NCBI GenBank assembly: GCA_964570365.1
Contig: CAZMXT010000002.1
Span: 57,752 to 121,751, forward strand
Source of the DNA: an uncultured Pseudomonadales bacterium
Lineage (GTDB): Bacteria; Patescibacteriota; Microgenomatia; UBA1400; PJMF01
Length of the DNA stretch: 64,000 nucleotides
Direction of reading: 5' to 3'
The notes under the pieces were generated by a model, which saw only the letters and a program-made list of their open reading frames with translations, did not search any database and was not told the DNA's origin. Of the stretch, positions 10,030-19,478 are shown in pieces. Numbering within the stretch: the first letter of the stretch is position 1; each line of letters begins with the position of its first letter. The position numbers and the translations under genes are program-made.

Positions 10030-10569
10030 TTACTTTGTAGTTGTTTTCCCGGCTTTGCGTTTTACAACTTCATCAACATATCTGACACCCTTGCCTTTGT
10101 ATGGCTCTGGTGGACGAATCTTACGGATATTCGCTGCGACTTGTCCGACTGCTTGTTTATCAATGCCTTCAATATGAATCGTGTCATTGCCTTCAGTGGT
10201 TAACTTGATTCCTGGTGAAGCAACTACTTCAACTGGGTGAGAAAAACCCAAGGACAGAGAAACGCCCTGACCTTTCATCGCCACACGATATCCAGTGCCA
10301 ACTAACTTTAAAGTCTTTTTGTAGCCTGCGGATACGCCACTAATGGCATTCTGCAGCAAACTGCGAATTAGACCGTGAAAGGCTCGTGTTTGTCGTTCAT
10401 CATCTTTTCGAGTCACAAACATCTCATTCTCTTTTTGAGTGACGACAATGGAAGGGAAAAGATGAATCTTTGATTCCCCTTTTGGCCCTTTGACCACCAC
10501 TTCAGTCGCCGTAACTTGGACGGTGACGCCGGCTGGAACTGTAATTGCTTTTTTACCTATACGTGACAT
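10030..10569 (-). CDS. rplF: 50S ribosomal protein L6
   Basis: MSRIGKK start at 10569, LGFSHPV, RPPEPYKGKGVRY. Confidence 0.98.
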   Translation of the reverse strand: MSRIGKKAITVPAGVTVQVTATEVVVKGPKGESKIHLFPSIVVTQKENEMFVTRKDDERQTRAFHGLIRSLLQNAISGVSAGYKKTLKLVGTGYRVAMKGQGVSLSLGFSHPVEVVASPGIKLTTEGNDTIHIEGIDKQAVGQVAANIRKIRPPEPYKGKGVRYVDEVVKRKAGKTTTK

Positions 10570-10576
10570 ATCTGCT

Positions 10577-10966
10577 TTACCAAATTTGACAAAGAACTTC
10601 ACCGCCAACATTTTGTTTGCGGGCATCTTTATCAGTCATGATTCCTTTACTCGTAGAAACGATCGTAATTCCATATCCACCTAACGCGCGTGGAATCTTG
10701 TTTGACGGCATATACACACGTCGTCCCGGGGTAGATACCCGGCGAACATCTGTGATAGCAGGCGTCTTGTTAATGTACTTCAATCGGAAGATAATATCTG
10801 GTTGAGGCATTTTTGGCTCAATGTGATATTCCTCAACATATTGATTGTTGAGCAAGATCTTACTGATTTCCTCTTTCATTCGTGAATGAGGTACAGATAC
10901 TTTGTCGTGCTTAGCGAGCAAAGCATTCTTTATTCGGATGATCATGTCTGCGATCGGATCGTTCAT
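10577..10966 (-). CDS. rpsH: 30S ribosomal protein S8
   Basis: DPIADMIIRIKNA, STPGRRVY, STSKGIMT..AR...VGGEVLC. Confidence 0.98.
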   Translation of the reverse strand: MNDPIADMIIRIKNALLAKHDKVSVPHSRMKEEISKILLNNQYVEEYHIEPKMPQPDIIFRLKYINKTPAITDVRRVSTPGRRVYMPSNKIPRALGGYGITIVSTSKGIMTDKDARKQNVGGEVLCQIW

Positions 10967-10967
10967 A

Positions 10968-11198
10968 TTACTTACTTGCTTTCGTTACTCCCGCTAACTC
11001 ACCACGCATGGCGAGCTCTCGGAAACACAAACGGCATACTCCAAAGAACCTAATGTAGGCCCTTGGGCGTCCGCATATTTTACATCTGTTCATCACTCTT
11101 GTCGAAACGCTATTTATTTTCTTCTCACCTGACGCAACTAACGCATCTCTGCGAGCACGAAGGCGATTGTTTTTAGCGATTTTTGATGTTTTTGCCAT
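10968..11198 (-). CDS. rpsN: 30S ribosomal protein S14, zinc-binding type
   Basis: [35 protein letters not shown]. Confidence 0.96.
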   Translation of the reverse strand: MAKTSKIAKNNRLRARRDALVASGEKKINSVSTRVMNRCKICGRPRAYIRFFGVCRLCFRELAMRGELAGVTKASK

Positions 11199-11211
11199 AA
11201 TATACTTTTAG

Positions 11212-11751
11212 TTACTTTGTGAACGGCATTCCTAATAATTCAAGCATTCTAAATGCCTGGTCTTTATTTTTAGTGTCGGTCACCATAGTTACCTGTAGTC
11301 CCCGAACTGACTGAATCTTGTCATAGTTAATCTCAGGGAAGACGATCTGCTCTTCAATTCCTAAGTTATAGTTACCATTCTGATCAAAAGCAGTCCGTGA
11401 AACACCCTGAAAGTCTTTGACACGAGGCAGAGCTAAGTTTATTAACTTGTCTAAGAACTCCCACATGTACTCACCGCGCAGCGTCACCATGACTCCGAGT
11501 GGATCACCAATGCGAGTCTTAAAGCTGGCAATCGCCTGGCGAGAACGAGTAATGTTTGGCTTCATGCCGGTAATTACTTTGAACTGCTCAACAACACTGT
11601 TAATAGCTGCTTCGCGATTCTGCTCATCTGCAACACCCATATTGACCACAACTTTCTTGATCTTTGGGATAGCAAATGCATTCGTGACCTTAAACTCTTT
11701 TTGAAGAGCTGGAACGACTTCTTGCTGGTACTTTTGTTTCAAACGGTTCAT
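11212..11751 (-). CDS. rplE: 50S ribosomal protein L5
   Basis: MNRLKQKY start at 11751, KVVVNMGV, LPRVKDFQG, EQIVFPEI. Confidence 0.97.
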   Translation of the reverse strand: MNRLKQKYQQEVVPALQKEFKVTNAFAIPKIKKVVVNMGVADEQNREAAINSVVEQFKVITGMKPNITRSRQAIASFKTRIGDPLGVMVTLRGEYMWEFLDKLINLALPRVKDFQGVSRTAFDQNGNYNLGIEEQIVFPEINYDKIQSVRGLQVTMVTDTKNKDQAFRMLELLGMPFTK

Positions 11752-11755
11752 ATAA

Positions 11756-12082
11756 TTATTTCTTTGTTGGTGTTGGAGTTGGAATTTCTTTTCCAGTCTT
11801 CTTAAACACCCGAACTTTACTTCCATCCTTACTTACTTTATAGCCGACTCTGTCTTGCTTACCTTCATTATTAATAATCGCCACATTCCCCACATTGAGG
11901 GGTCTTGGACGCTGTACGCGCTGCCCAGGTTGACCGTTAAATGGCTTAACATGCTTCACATAAAGATTTACGCCTTCTAGAACCACCGCATTACGAGCAC
12001 GAACTACTCGGACTACTTTACTTTTCTTGCCTTTATCTTTGCCACCAGTCACTAAGACTGTATCGCCAACTAATAATTTCAT
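11756..12082 (-). CDS. rplX: 50S ribosomal protein L24
   Basis: [17 protein letters not shown] motif, [12 protein letters not shown]. Confidence 0.97.
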   Translation of the reverse strand: MKLLVGDTVLVTGGKDKGKKSKVVRVVRARNAVVLEGVNLYVKHVKPFNGQPGQRVQRPRPLNVGNVAIINNEGKQDRVGYKVSKDGSKVRVFKKTGKEIPTPTPTKK

Positions 12083-12453
12083 AATACCTCAGGTGCCAAA
12101 CTAGCTATTTTATTAAAACCACGTTCTTTTACTTCACGAGCAATTGGTCCAAACACGCGAGTTCCAATTGGGTTCTCGACAGTTCGTGACTCAATAATAA
12201 CTGCAGCGTTATCATCAAAGCGAATGTACTCACCAGATGGGCGACGCTTTTCTTTGTGCGTGCGAACAATCACTGCCTTCACCTTCTCACCTTTTTTAAT
12301 TGTACCCTTGGCATCTGCCGCAATCACCGAAGCAGTGACTACATCACCAACATATCCAAATCGACGGTGTGAACCACCATGAACTTGGATCACGCGCAGC
12401 CGCTTGGCTCCGCTGTTATCTGCTACTTGTAGTACTGTACGTAACTGAATCAT
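12079..12453 (-). CDS. rplN: 50S ribosomal protein L14
   Basis: [39 protein letters not shown]. Confidence 0.98.
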   Translation of the reverse strand: MIQLRTVLQVADNSGAKRLRVIQVHGGSHRRFGYVGDVVTASVIAADAKGTIKKGEKVKAVIVRTHKEKRRPSGEYIRFDDNAAVIIESRTVENPIGTRVFGPIAREVKERGFNKIASLAPEVL

Positions 12454-12466
12454 ATATTTCTTATTA

Positions 12467-12865
12467 TTACTTTGCTTTCTTCACTGCAGTTCTCCGGCCG
12501 TCCGCCACGCTTTGCTTGGCGGCTTTTGCTTTTGGAGTTGCTTTTTTCTCACTCTTGGTAGCCTCAACAGCAACTTTTACCTCAGCTTCATTTTTCACCA
12601 CTTTCACTGTAGGTAATACACTCTCTCCACCTTTTGGATCAATCTTGGCTGTCACAATAAAACTCTTAGTCTTACTGATTGGCCGACATGATTTGATAGA
12701 GACGGTATCGCCTTCTTTTAACTCTAAGTTCTCTACGTGGCAAGCATAGTTTTTAGTCCGCTTGACGTATTTTTTATAGAGTGGATGCTGCCACTTGCGA
12801 GTTACAGTTACTGTGACAGTATTTGTATTTTTCGCTGAAGTGACGATTCCTTGAATCAATTTCAT
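12467..12865 (-). CDS. rpsQ: 30S ribosomal protein S17 with C-terminal tail
   Basis: [33 protein letters not shown]. Confidence 0.97.
   Translation of the reverse strand: MKLIQGIVTSAKNTNTVTVTVTRKWQHPLYKKYVKRTKNYACHVENLELKEGDTVSIKSCRPISKTKSFIVTAKIDPKGGESVLPTVKVVKNEAEVKVAVEATKSEKKATPKAKAAKQSVADGRRTAVKKAK
12486..12523. repeat. 38-nt palindromic element, copy 3 (in rpsQ tail)
   Basis: gcagttctccggccgtccgccacgctttgcttggcggc. Confidence 0.9.
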
Positions 12866-13071
12866 AAACTTGCTTCCATTTCCTTTTCAGTCAAAATTGT
12901 TTTGACTCGAGCGATGTCGTCACTGAGCGTTGCGGCAAAGCGACGATTTGCTAATTTTCCAACTTTCTTTTCTAACTTTGCTTTTGCAAATGCCTGTGAA
13001 AGCTCAGTTAATTTCTTGCGTAAGTCTTCAACAGTCATTGTGTGCAGTGCGTTAATATCGTTTCGTTTCAT
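12862..13071 (-). CDS. rpmC: 50S ribosomal protein L29
   Basis: Size and position between rplP and rpsQ; DIARVKTILTE. Confidence 0.93.
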   Translation of the reverse strand: MKRNDINALHTMTVEDLRKKLTELSQAFAKAKLEKKVGKLANRRFAATLSDDIARVKTILTEKEMEASL

Positions 13072-13078
13072 ATTCGTA

Positions 13079-13483
13079 TTACTTTCCGATTACCGTGGTT
13101 TTAACGGAAAGCTTATGTGAGGCTTTACTGAATGCGCCTTTTGCCACTTCTTCAGTAACTCCACCAATTTCAAAGAGCACCATACCTGGCTTTACCACTG
13201 CCACGTACTCAGAAATATCACCTTTTCCAGATCCCATCTTTACTCCCACTGCTTTCTTTGTCACGGACTTGGCAGGGAAGACTCTCATCCAGTATTTACC
13301 TGCACGCTTAGTTGCATAGGTAATTTTTTTACGTGCAGCTTCAATTTGACTTGCAGACACCCATCCAGAACTCATCGCTTTCAGACCAAAGTCACCAAAC
13401 ACAACCGTGGTACCACGGGTAGATGTCCCACCAAGGGTACCTCTAAATGATTTGCGATATTTTGATTTCTTTGGTTGTAACAT
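13079..13483 (-). CDS. rplP: 50S ribosomal protein L16
   Basis: MLQPKKSKYRK, QIEAAR, MGSGKG. Confidence 0.98.
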   Translation of the reverse strand: MLQPKKSKYRKSFRGTLGGTSTRGTTVVFGDFGLKAMSSGWVSASQIEAARKKITYATKRAGKYWMRVFPAKSVTKKAVGVKMGSGKGDISEYVAVVKPGMVLFEIGGVTEEVAKGAFSKASHKLSVKTTVIGK

Positions 13484-13489
13484 ACTTCC

Positions 13490-14143
13490 TTAAAGAACAG
13501 ACTCTCCCTTGTTAATCCAAACCTTGATTCCCACGTAGCCAGAACGAGTCTTGGCTGGAACCTCGTAGTAATCAATCTCAGCCCGTAAGGTCTGAGTTGG
13601 TACTGTACCTTCAAAGTATTTTTCTCTGCGACTAATTTCAGCACCAGCGATGCGGCCTGCGAGCTGGATTTTGACACCCTTGGCTCCGGCGATCATCACC
13701 TTCTCCATTGCTTGCGACACGGCTCGGCGATGTGGATATCGTTTAATTAACTGATCCACGATTCGCTCAGCCACCAACTTCGCACTCAGATCTGGCTTCT
13801 TCACTTCTTGAACTTGTAAATCTACTTTAACACGATTCTTTTTCTGCTTGGCCACGTTTAGAATTCTCTCGACATCTTTTTTGATTACCTCTAAGTTCGC
13901 TCCACCTTTACCAATCACTACGCCAGGTCGAGAAACAAAGATAATTACACTGATCATTGTCAAAGAGCGCTCAATATTAATCTGGACGATACCAGCATTG
14001 GCTAACTTTTTCCCTAAGAACTCACGCAGCTTCCGATCTTCCAACATCGTATCTGAGTAAGTACGTGGCTCGGCGAACCATCTTGATTTCCAGGTAAATA
14101 AATTACCTAAACGAAAGCTAGTCGGATTTACTTTTTGTCCCAT
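13490..14143 (-). CDS. rpsC: 30S ribosomal protein S3
   Basis: MGQKVNPTSFRLG, RPGVVIGKGG, GRIAGAEISR, PTQTLRAEIDY. Confidence 0.98.
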   Translation of the reverse strand: MGQKVNPTSFRLGNLFTWKSRWFAEPRTYSDTMLEDRKLREFLGKKLANAGIVQINIERSLTMISVIIFVSRPGVVIGKGGANLEVIKKDVERILNVAKQKKNRVKVDLQVQEVKKPDLSAKLVAERIVDQLIKRYPHRRAVSQAMEKVMIAGAKGVKIQLAGRIAGAEISRREKYFEGTVPTQTLRAEIDYYEVPAKTRSGYVGIKVWINKGESVL

Positions 14144-14149
14144 TACGAC

Positions 14150-14617
14150 TTACTCCTTACTTTTTACCTTTTCAATTTTACTTTTCTTTACTGCTACTGC
14201 TGTTTTCACAGGGGCAGCCGCTACCTTTTCCTCAATCTTGGCAGCTTCTAGAGCAACTTTTGGTTTCTTGACTGTAGCTGCTTCATCTTTGGTCTTCAAG
14301 ACCACACTGACATGACAGGTTCTTTTAATAATATTGTGAGCACGACCTCTGCTGACGGCGTTAAAACGCTTGTAGCGGGGACCTTCGTTCACAATAATAC
14401 TATCTAAAACCAAGTCGCTCACTTGATAACCATGATTGTTCACGGCATCTGCCACTGCTTGCTTCATCACTTTTGACACAACCTCAGTTGCTTTGCGCTC
14501 AATCACTGACAACTGTCGAAAGGCTTCTTCTAAGGTTAGCTTTCTGACTGCATTCGCGACCAATCTCACCTTGCGGGGAGTTTGACGAGTGTACTTTTGG
14601 GTCGCTCGAATTGTCAT
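14150..14617 (-). CDS. rplV: 50S ribosomal protein L22 with C-terminal tail
   Basis: RQTPRKVRLVA, VNEGPRYKRF..SRGRA..I.KRTCHV. Confidence 0.97.
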   Translation of the reverse strand: MTIRATQKYTRQTPRKVRLVANAVRKLTLEEAFRQLSVIERKATEVVSKVMKQAVADAVNNHGYQVSDLVLDSIIVNEGPRYKRFNAVSRGRAHNIIKRTCHVSVVLKTKDEAATVKKPKVALEAAKIEEKVAAAPVKTAVAVKKSKIEKVKSKE

Positions 14618-14622
14618 ATAGC

Positions 14623-14907
14623 TTATGTCTTTGCCAATACACGCTTGACCACTTTACCGTGACCACGGAAGACACGGGTTGGTGCAAACTCACCTAATTT
14701 ATGTCCGACCATTGATTCATTTATAAATACTTCCACAAAGTTCTTGCCTTGATGAACTAAAAAAGTATGACCAACAAAATCGGGAGACACCGTACAGTTA
14801 CGGCGCCAGGTTTTGATGGCAGTTTTGTCGCCCGACGCTTTTTGAGCCATGACTTTACTCAGCAGCTTAGCGTCTACGAATGGTCCTTTTTTACTTGATC
14901 TAGACAT
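14623..14907 (-). CDS. rpsS: 30S ribosomal protein S19
   Basis: [30 protein letters not shown]. Confidence 0.98.
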   Translation of the reverse strand: MSRSSKKGPFVDAKLLSKVMAQKASGDKTAIKTWRRNCTVSPDFVGHTFLVHQGKNFVEVFINESMVGHKLGEFAPTRVFRGHGKVVKRVLAKT

Positions 14908-14918
14908 AGTGTTCCAGT

Positions 14919-15752
14919 TTATTTAACGCGACGGTCTTTCAAAATATATTTATTGGTCGTCTTCTTTTTGTTACGAGTCTTGGTACCATGTGCATGCTTA
15001 CCCCATGGAGTCTTTGGATACTTCATACCTACACCACTACGACCTTCACCACCACCGTGTGGGTGTGAATCTGGGTGTTGAGCTGTACCACGAACTGTAG
15101 GACGAATACCCATGAGGCGCTTGCGACCAGCTTTTCCGAGCTTGCGATTCTTCCAATCCAGGTTTCCAACTTGGCCGATTGTAGCGAAACAGTCGCCATT
15201 TATCAATCGCACTTCTCGAGAAGGCAGAGAAATCGTCACAAATGAGCCTTCTTTGGCTTGCACCATTGCAGCTGTGCCGGCTCCACGAACGAACTGAGCA
15301 CCCTTGCCAACTCGAGTTTCAATGTTATGAATTGGCACACCAACTGGGATGTTTTTCAGAGGTAAAGCGTTTCCAGCTTTGACTTCTACATCATCGCCAG
15401 CAATCACTTCTTGACCAATTTCTAAGTTCTCTGGAGCTAAGATGTAGCGTTTTTCACCATCTTTGTAAAAGAGCAAAGCAATATTGGCAGATCGGTTTGG
15501 ATCATACTCAATTCGTTGGACCACTGCCGCAAAACCACGCTTATCACGTTTCCAATCAATGATGCGAAGTCGTTTTTTAACGCCCCCACCACGATGTCTG
15601 ACTGTGATATGACCAGAAGCACCCCGGCCCTGTCTTTTAAGATGGCCACTTTGGAGTAAGGTTTTTTCAGGACCTTCAGACGACAAATGCGCATGTCCTA
15701 CACGAATATAGTGGCGATTTGAGTTGTTGGTTGCTTTTTGCTTAATTAACAT
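14919..15752 (-). CDS. rplB: 50S ribosomal protein L2
   Basis: [37 protein letters not shown]. Confidence 0.98.
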   Translation of the reverse strand: MLIKQKATNNSNRHYIRVGHAHLSSEGPEKTLLQSGHLKRQGRGASGHITVRHRGGGVKKRLRIIDWKRDKRGFAAVVQRIEYDPNRSANIALLFYKDGEKRYILAPENLEIGQEVIAGDDVEVKAGNALPLKNIPVGVPIHNIETRVGKGAQFVRGAGTAAMVQAKEGSFVTISLPSREVRLINGDCFATIGQVGNLDWKNRKLGKAGRKRLMGIRPTVRGTAQHPDSHPHGGGEGRSGVGMKYPKTPWGKHAHGTKTRNKKKTTNKYILKDRRVK

Positions 15753-15760
15753 ACAGTACT

Positions 15761-16066
15761 TTATTTGGCAGCTTCTCCAGAAACATCAAAAAGTGAGATC
15801 GTCTGTCCTTTTTGTAAAGTCAAGATCGCTTTTTTGGTACGAGGCACCAAAGTGGTCACACGTCGGCGGCCAGTTCTGCGTAAAGACCGGCCACGCATTA
15901 CTGTACTCACACCAGTGACTTTGACGTTAAACATTTCCTCCACCGCTTGCGCGATCTGATTCTTGTTCGCAGTGGGTTGGACTTCAAAGGTATAGGCATT
16001 GGTTCTATTCACTAAGAACAATGTCTTTTCGGTAATGATTGGTCGTTTAATGATATGAGGATTCAT
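15761..16066 (-). CDS. rplW: 50S ribosomal protein L23
   Basis: IIKRPIITEK, ANKNQIAQAVEEMFNVKV, KKAILTL. Confidence 0.97.
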   Translation of the reverse strand: MNPHIIKRPIITEKTLFLVNRTNAYTFEVQPTANKNQIAQAVEEMFNVKVTGVSTVMRGRSLRRTGRRRVTTLVPRTKKAILTLQKGQTISLFDVSGEAAK

Positions 16067-16069
16067 AGG

Positions 16070-16774
16070 TTACTTCTCACTGACCTTACTTGCTTTTTTA
16101 ACTGTCTTTGTAGCTGGTTTTGCTGCTGGCTCAACTTGAGTTTCAGCCTTTTCTGCTTGCCCCAAACGCTCTTCTAACATCTTTACGGCTTCTTTAGTTA
16201 AGATTAGGACATCTGCATACGCCACTTCATAGGTATTGAGTCGTCCAGCTTGAGTCACATAGACATTTTCTAAGTTGCGCAAACTACGTAACACCAGGTT
16301 AGTTGGCTTATCTAAGACGACTAAAATGTGCTTGGCATCTGGAACCATTTTGTTCAGCATTTTTTGGGCTGAAGCGGTCTTGCCGTCTAGCTGAGCAATA
16401 TCATTTGAAATGATAATGTTTTCGACTTGAGCACTTAGCGCAGAAACAATTGCACTACGTCGCAGTGCGCTAGACATCTTTAGGTTCCAGTTTTGCAAAC
16501 CAGTGGGTCCATGAGCTATTCCTCCACCCACAAAGATGTTTGGGGTACGAGCACCATGTCGAGCATTACCGGTTCCTTTTTGCTTGAACCACTTGTGTTT
16601 GGTTCTATTGATCTCAGAACGGGTTTTGACTTTACTGGTTCCTTGGCGTTGATTGGAAAGGTAGACACGTACAGCTTGAGAAATGATTGGTGCATTTAAT
16701 TTTACACCAAACACGTCATCCCGCACTTCTAAGCTAGTTTCTTTTCCAATAGTTGAAGCAACTCTTAACTTCAT
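16070..16774 (-). CDS. rplD: 50S ribosomal protein L4
   Basis: RQGTSKVKTRSE, KQKGTGNARHG, GGGIAHGP. Confidence 0.97.
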   Translation of the reverse strand: MKLRVASTIGKETSLEVRDDVFGVKLNAPIISQAVRVYLSNQRQGTSKVKTRSEINRTKHKWFKQKGTGNARHGARTPNIFVGGGIAHGPTGLQNWNLKMSSALRRSAIVSALSAQVENIIISNDIAQLDGKTASAQKMLNKMVPDAKHILVVLDKPTNLVLRSLRNLENVYVTQAGRLNTYEVAYADVLILTKEAVKMLEERLGQAEKAETQVEPAAKPATKTVKKASKVSEK

Positions 16775-17544
16775 ACGGTTGCTCCTTCTGCGACTGCTGG
16801 TGTTAGTTCGACTACTTCAGTTGGCTGAGCTTCTGCTTCTGGAGCAGCTTCAACTGGCTGAACTATTGTAGGGAAGTTACTCGCTTTTTCATCGATCTCA
16901 ATCATTTTCTGCTGACCAGTTTTAGAAATCCTAACGGTACTGTTGATGGAACCTGGGATAGGACCACTTAACCAAACCTGCTGAGTACTTGGATCAATGT
17001 GAAGAACTACTAACCCAATCACTGTCTGAGTGTCTACACCATAATGTCCTGGCATTTTCTTACCTTTGAAAACGCGACCTGGAGTAGTTCTTTGTCCAAT
17101 GGCACCAACGGCACGAGCACGGTCAGATTGTCCGTGGGTCTTTGGTCCACCTTTAAAGTTATGTCGTTTCATTGCACCGGCAAATCCACGACCTTTGGTA
17201 GTACCTTGAACTTTGACCACATCACCAACTTGGAGCACATCCTGAACTTTAATCACCTCTCCTGGCTTGAGCGCCTCATCTATACCAGCTTTAACTTGAC
17301 TTAAGTACTTCACACCAAAAGAAAAACCACTCTTTTCTAGTTTAGAACGGAGTGGTTTAGTCATGTTTTTGAGTTTTTTAGTACCGTAACCAATTTCAAA
17401 AGAAGTTGGTTTTTGTTCTGCATCAAGCATTTGAGAGACGACAGCATTATGGTCGGCACTTACACAAGTGACAGCCAAACGCTTCCCGGACTTGGTCCAG
17501 GCTTGCGTCATTTTCTGCTTGGTCGCAAACATTTGCGCAATCAT
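16771..17544 (-). CDS. rplC: 50S ribosomal protein L3 with acidic tail
   Basis: KGRGFAGAMKRHNF.GGPKTHG, PGRVFKGKKMPGHYG. Confidence 0.96.
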   Translation of the reverse strand: MIAQMFATKQKMTQAWTKSGKRLAVTCVSADHNAVVSQMLDAEQKPTSFEIGYGTKKLKNMTKPLRSKLEKSGFSFGVKYLSQVKAGIDEALKPGEVIKVQDVLQVGDVVKVQGTTKGRGFAGAMKRHNFKGGPKTHGQSDRARAVGAIGQRTTPGRVFKGKKMPGHYGVDTQTVIGLVVLHIDPSTQQVWLSGPIPGSINSTVRISKTGQQKMIEIDEKASNFPTIVQPVEAAPEAEAQPTEVVELTPAVAEGATV

Positions 17545-17620
17545 ACGTTTCCGTTATTCTCTTTATGCACCATCCCTCAATAAGAAAGATAGTCATCCAG
17601 TGCCTCTTTATCATTTATTA

Positions 17621-17953
17621 CTACATCTTGATCTGGATTCCCACACCTGCGGGCAGCTCCAAATGCATCAATGAGTCAATCGTCTTGCTCGTTGGATTCA
17701 CAATATCGATCAGACGTTTGTGGGTCTTGATCTGATAATGTTCTTGAGCGTTTTTGTCAGTGTGCGGTGAAGCGAGAACTGTAAACCACTTCTTACTCGT
17801 CGGTAAGGGAACTGGTCCAACAATACTTGCTCCGGTAGAAACAGCAGTTTCTAAGATTTTGCGTGCAGCTTCGTCAATCACTCGATGATCGTATGACTTC
17901 AAACGAACTCGAATTTTATACTGTGCTGGTTTTTTGTCAGTAGGAGCTGCCAT
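17621..17953 (-). CDS. rpsJ: 30S ribosomal protein S10
   Basis: [42 protein letters not shown]. Confidence 0.98.
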   Translation of the reverse strand: MAAPTDKKPAQYKIRVRLKSYDHRVIDEAARKILETAVSTGASIVGPVPLPTSKKWFTVLASPHTDKNAQEHYQIKTHKRLIDIVNPTSKTIDSLMHLELPAGVGIQIKM

Positions 17954-18017
17954 GTGCAATTTTCTGATTCTGTGTACAGTCTTTTCCTCGACTAAGTCAA
18001 TTCAAAGACAAAGCGTG

Positions 18018-18046
18018 ATTATACAGATTAGCAGTTCATATGTAAA
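18018..18046 (-). promoter_or_regulatory. Sigma70-type promoter of the S10 operon
   Basis: Minus strand TTTACA-N17-TATAAT, downstream of the tuf terminator. Confidence 0.7.
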
Positions 18047-18120
18047 TAGTGGAGTTGGAATGTAAACATGTCAGACTTCCTAGAGAGAAATCACGAATAC
18101 GCTTCATCTCCCTATCCTAC

Positions 18121-18150
18121 CAAAAACCCCGCCTTTCGGCGGGGTTTCTC
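18121..18150 (-). terminator. Intrinsic terminator after tuf
   Basis: Minus strand AAACCCCGCC-GAAA-GGCGGGGTTTTT. Confidence 0.9.
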
Positions 18151-18170
18151 TTTTCTTAATAAATCTTCAA

Positions 18171-19364
18171 TTACTTTAAGATCTTCGTAATTGCACCAGC
18201 TCCGACTGTGTGACCACCTTCGCGGATAGCGAAGCGTAATCCGTCGGCCATGGCGACTGGAGCGATTAAGGTTACGACCATCTTGGCGTTATCACCTGGC
18301 ATAACCATCTCCACACCTTCTGGAAGCTTGATCTCACCTGTGACGTCAGTAGTACGGATGTAGAACTGAGGTCTGTATCCAGTGAAGAATGGCTTATGTC
18401 GGCCACCTTCCTCTTTACTCAAGATGTATACCTCAGCCTCAAACTCGGTGTGAGGTTTGGCGGTGCCAGTTTTTGCGAGCACTTGGCCTCTCTCAACTTG
18501 CTCTTTTTCAATACCACGGAGCAAAATACCTACGTTGTCACCTGCTTGACCTTGATCAAGGAGCTTGCGGAACATTTCCACACCGGTTACAACTGATTTC
18601 TGAGGAGCCTTCATACCCACAATCTCGATTTCCTCACCAACTTTAACAGTTCCAGTCTCAATACGACCCGTCACGACAGTGCCACGGCCCTTGATTGAGA
18701 AAACGTCCTCAACCGGCATTAAGAATGGCTTTTCGAGTTCGCGAACTGGATCTGGGATAGTTGTGTCGACAGTCTTCATTAACTCCATGATCGCGTCCAT
18801 GTACTTTTCGTCGCCTTCCAAAGCCTTGAGACCAGATACACGGATGATTGGTGTCTTCTCGCCATCAAAGCCATACTTGGTTAAGAGCTCACGAATTTCC
18901 ATCTCGACCAGATCAAGTAGCTCTGCGTCATCAACCATGTCGACTTTATTCAAAGCAACGACTAATTGAGGAACGTTTACTTGCTTGGCCAACAGGATAT
19001 GCTCTCGAGTTTGAGGCATTGGTCCGTCAGTGGCTGCGACTACGAGAATAGCACCATCCATTTGAGCGGCGCCAGTAATCATGTTCTTGATGTAGTCAGC
19101 GTGGCCTGGAGCATCGATGTGCGCATAATGACGCTTCTCAGTCTCGTACTCGATATGAGAAATGTTAATAGTCACACCACGAGCTGCTTCTTCAGGAGCA
19201 TTGTCAATATCTAAGTAAGTCTTCGCCACGTTCAGTGGGGTTGGATAGCGCTTCGAAAGTGTGGTGGCAATCGCTGCGGTTAAAGTAGTCTTGCCGTGGT
19301 CAACGTGGCCAATGGTTCCAATGTTGACGTGAGGCTTATTGCGGACGTATTTGTTGTCTGCCAT
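18171..19364 (-). CDS. tuf: Elongation factor Tu
   Basis: [47 protein letters not shown]. Confidence 0.99.
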   Translation of the reverse strand: MADNKYVRNKPHVNIGTIGHVDHGKTTLTAAIATTLSKRYPTPLNVAKTYLDIDNAPEEAARGVTINISHIEYETEKRHYAHIDAPGHADYIKNMITGAAQMDGAILVVAATDGPMPQTREHILLAKQVNVPQLVVALNKVDMVDDAELLDLVEMEIRELLTKYGFDGEKTPIIRVSGLKALEGDEKYMDAIMELMKTVDTTIPDPVRELEKPFLMPVEDVFSIKGRGTVVTGRIETGTVKVGEEIEIVGMKAPQKSVVTGVEMFRKLLDQGQAGDNVGILLRGIEKEQVERGQVLAKTGTAKPHTEFEAEVYILSKEEGGRHKPFFTGYRPQFYIRTTDVTGEIKLPEGVEMVMPGDNAKMVVTLIAPVAMADGLRFAIREGGHTVGAGAITKILK

Positions 19365-19435
19365 ATATCTCCTAATTGCAGTACTTAATAAAATTACTAT
19401 TTATGTAATGAGTACCGATAAATAACTAGCGCCTG

Positions 19436-19464
19436 ATTATATACGTTTATCTTCTGTTTGACAA
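19436..19464 (-). promoter_or_regulatory. Internal sigma70-type promoter for tuf
   Basis: Minus strand TTGTCA-N17-TATAAT between fusA and tuf. Confidence 0.7.
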
Positions 19465-19478
19465 AGCGAAATCAATTC

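Noticed and set aside
1323-12523. 38-nt repeats as a CRISPR array or IS ends
   Set aside because: Copies are kilobases apart, inside essential genes, with no spacers, cas genes or transposase in the window.
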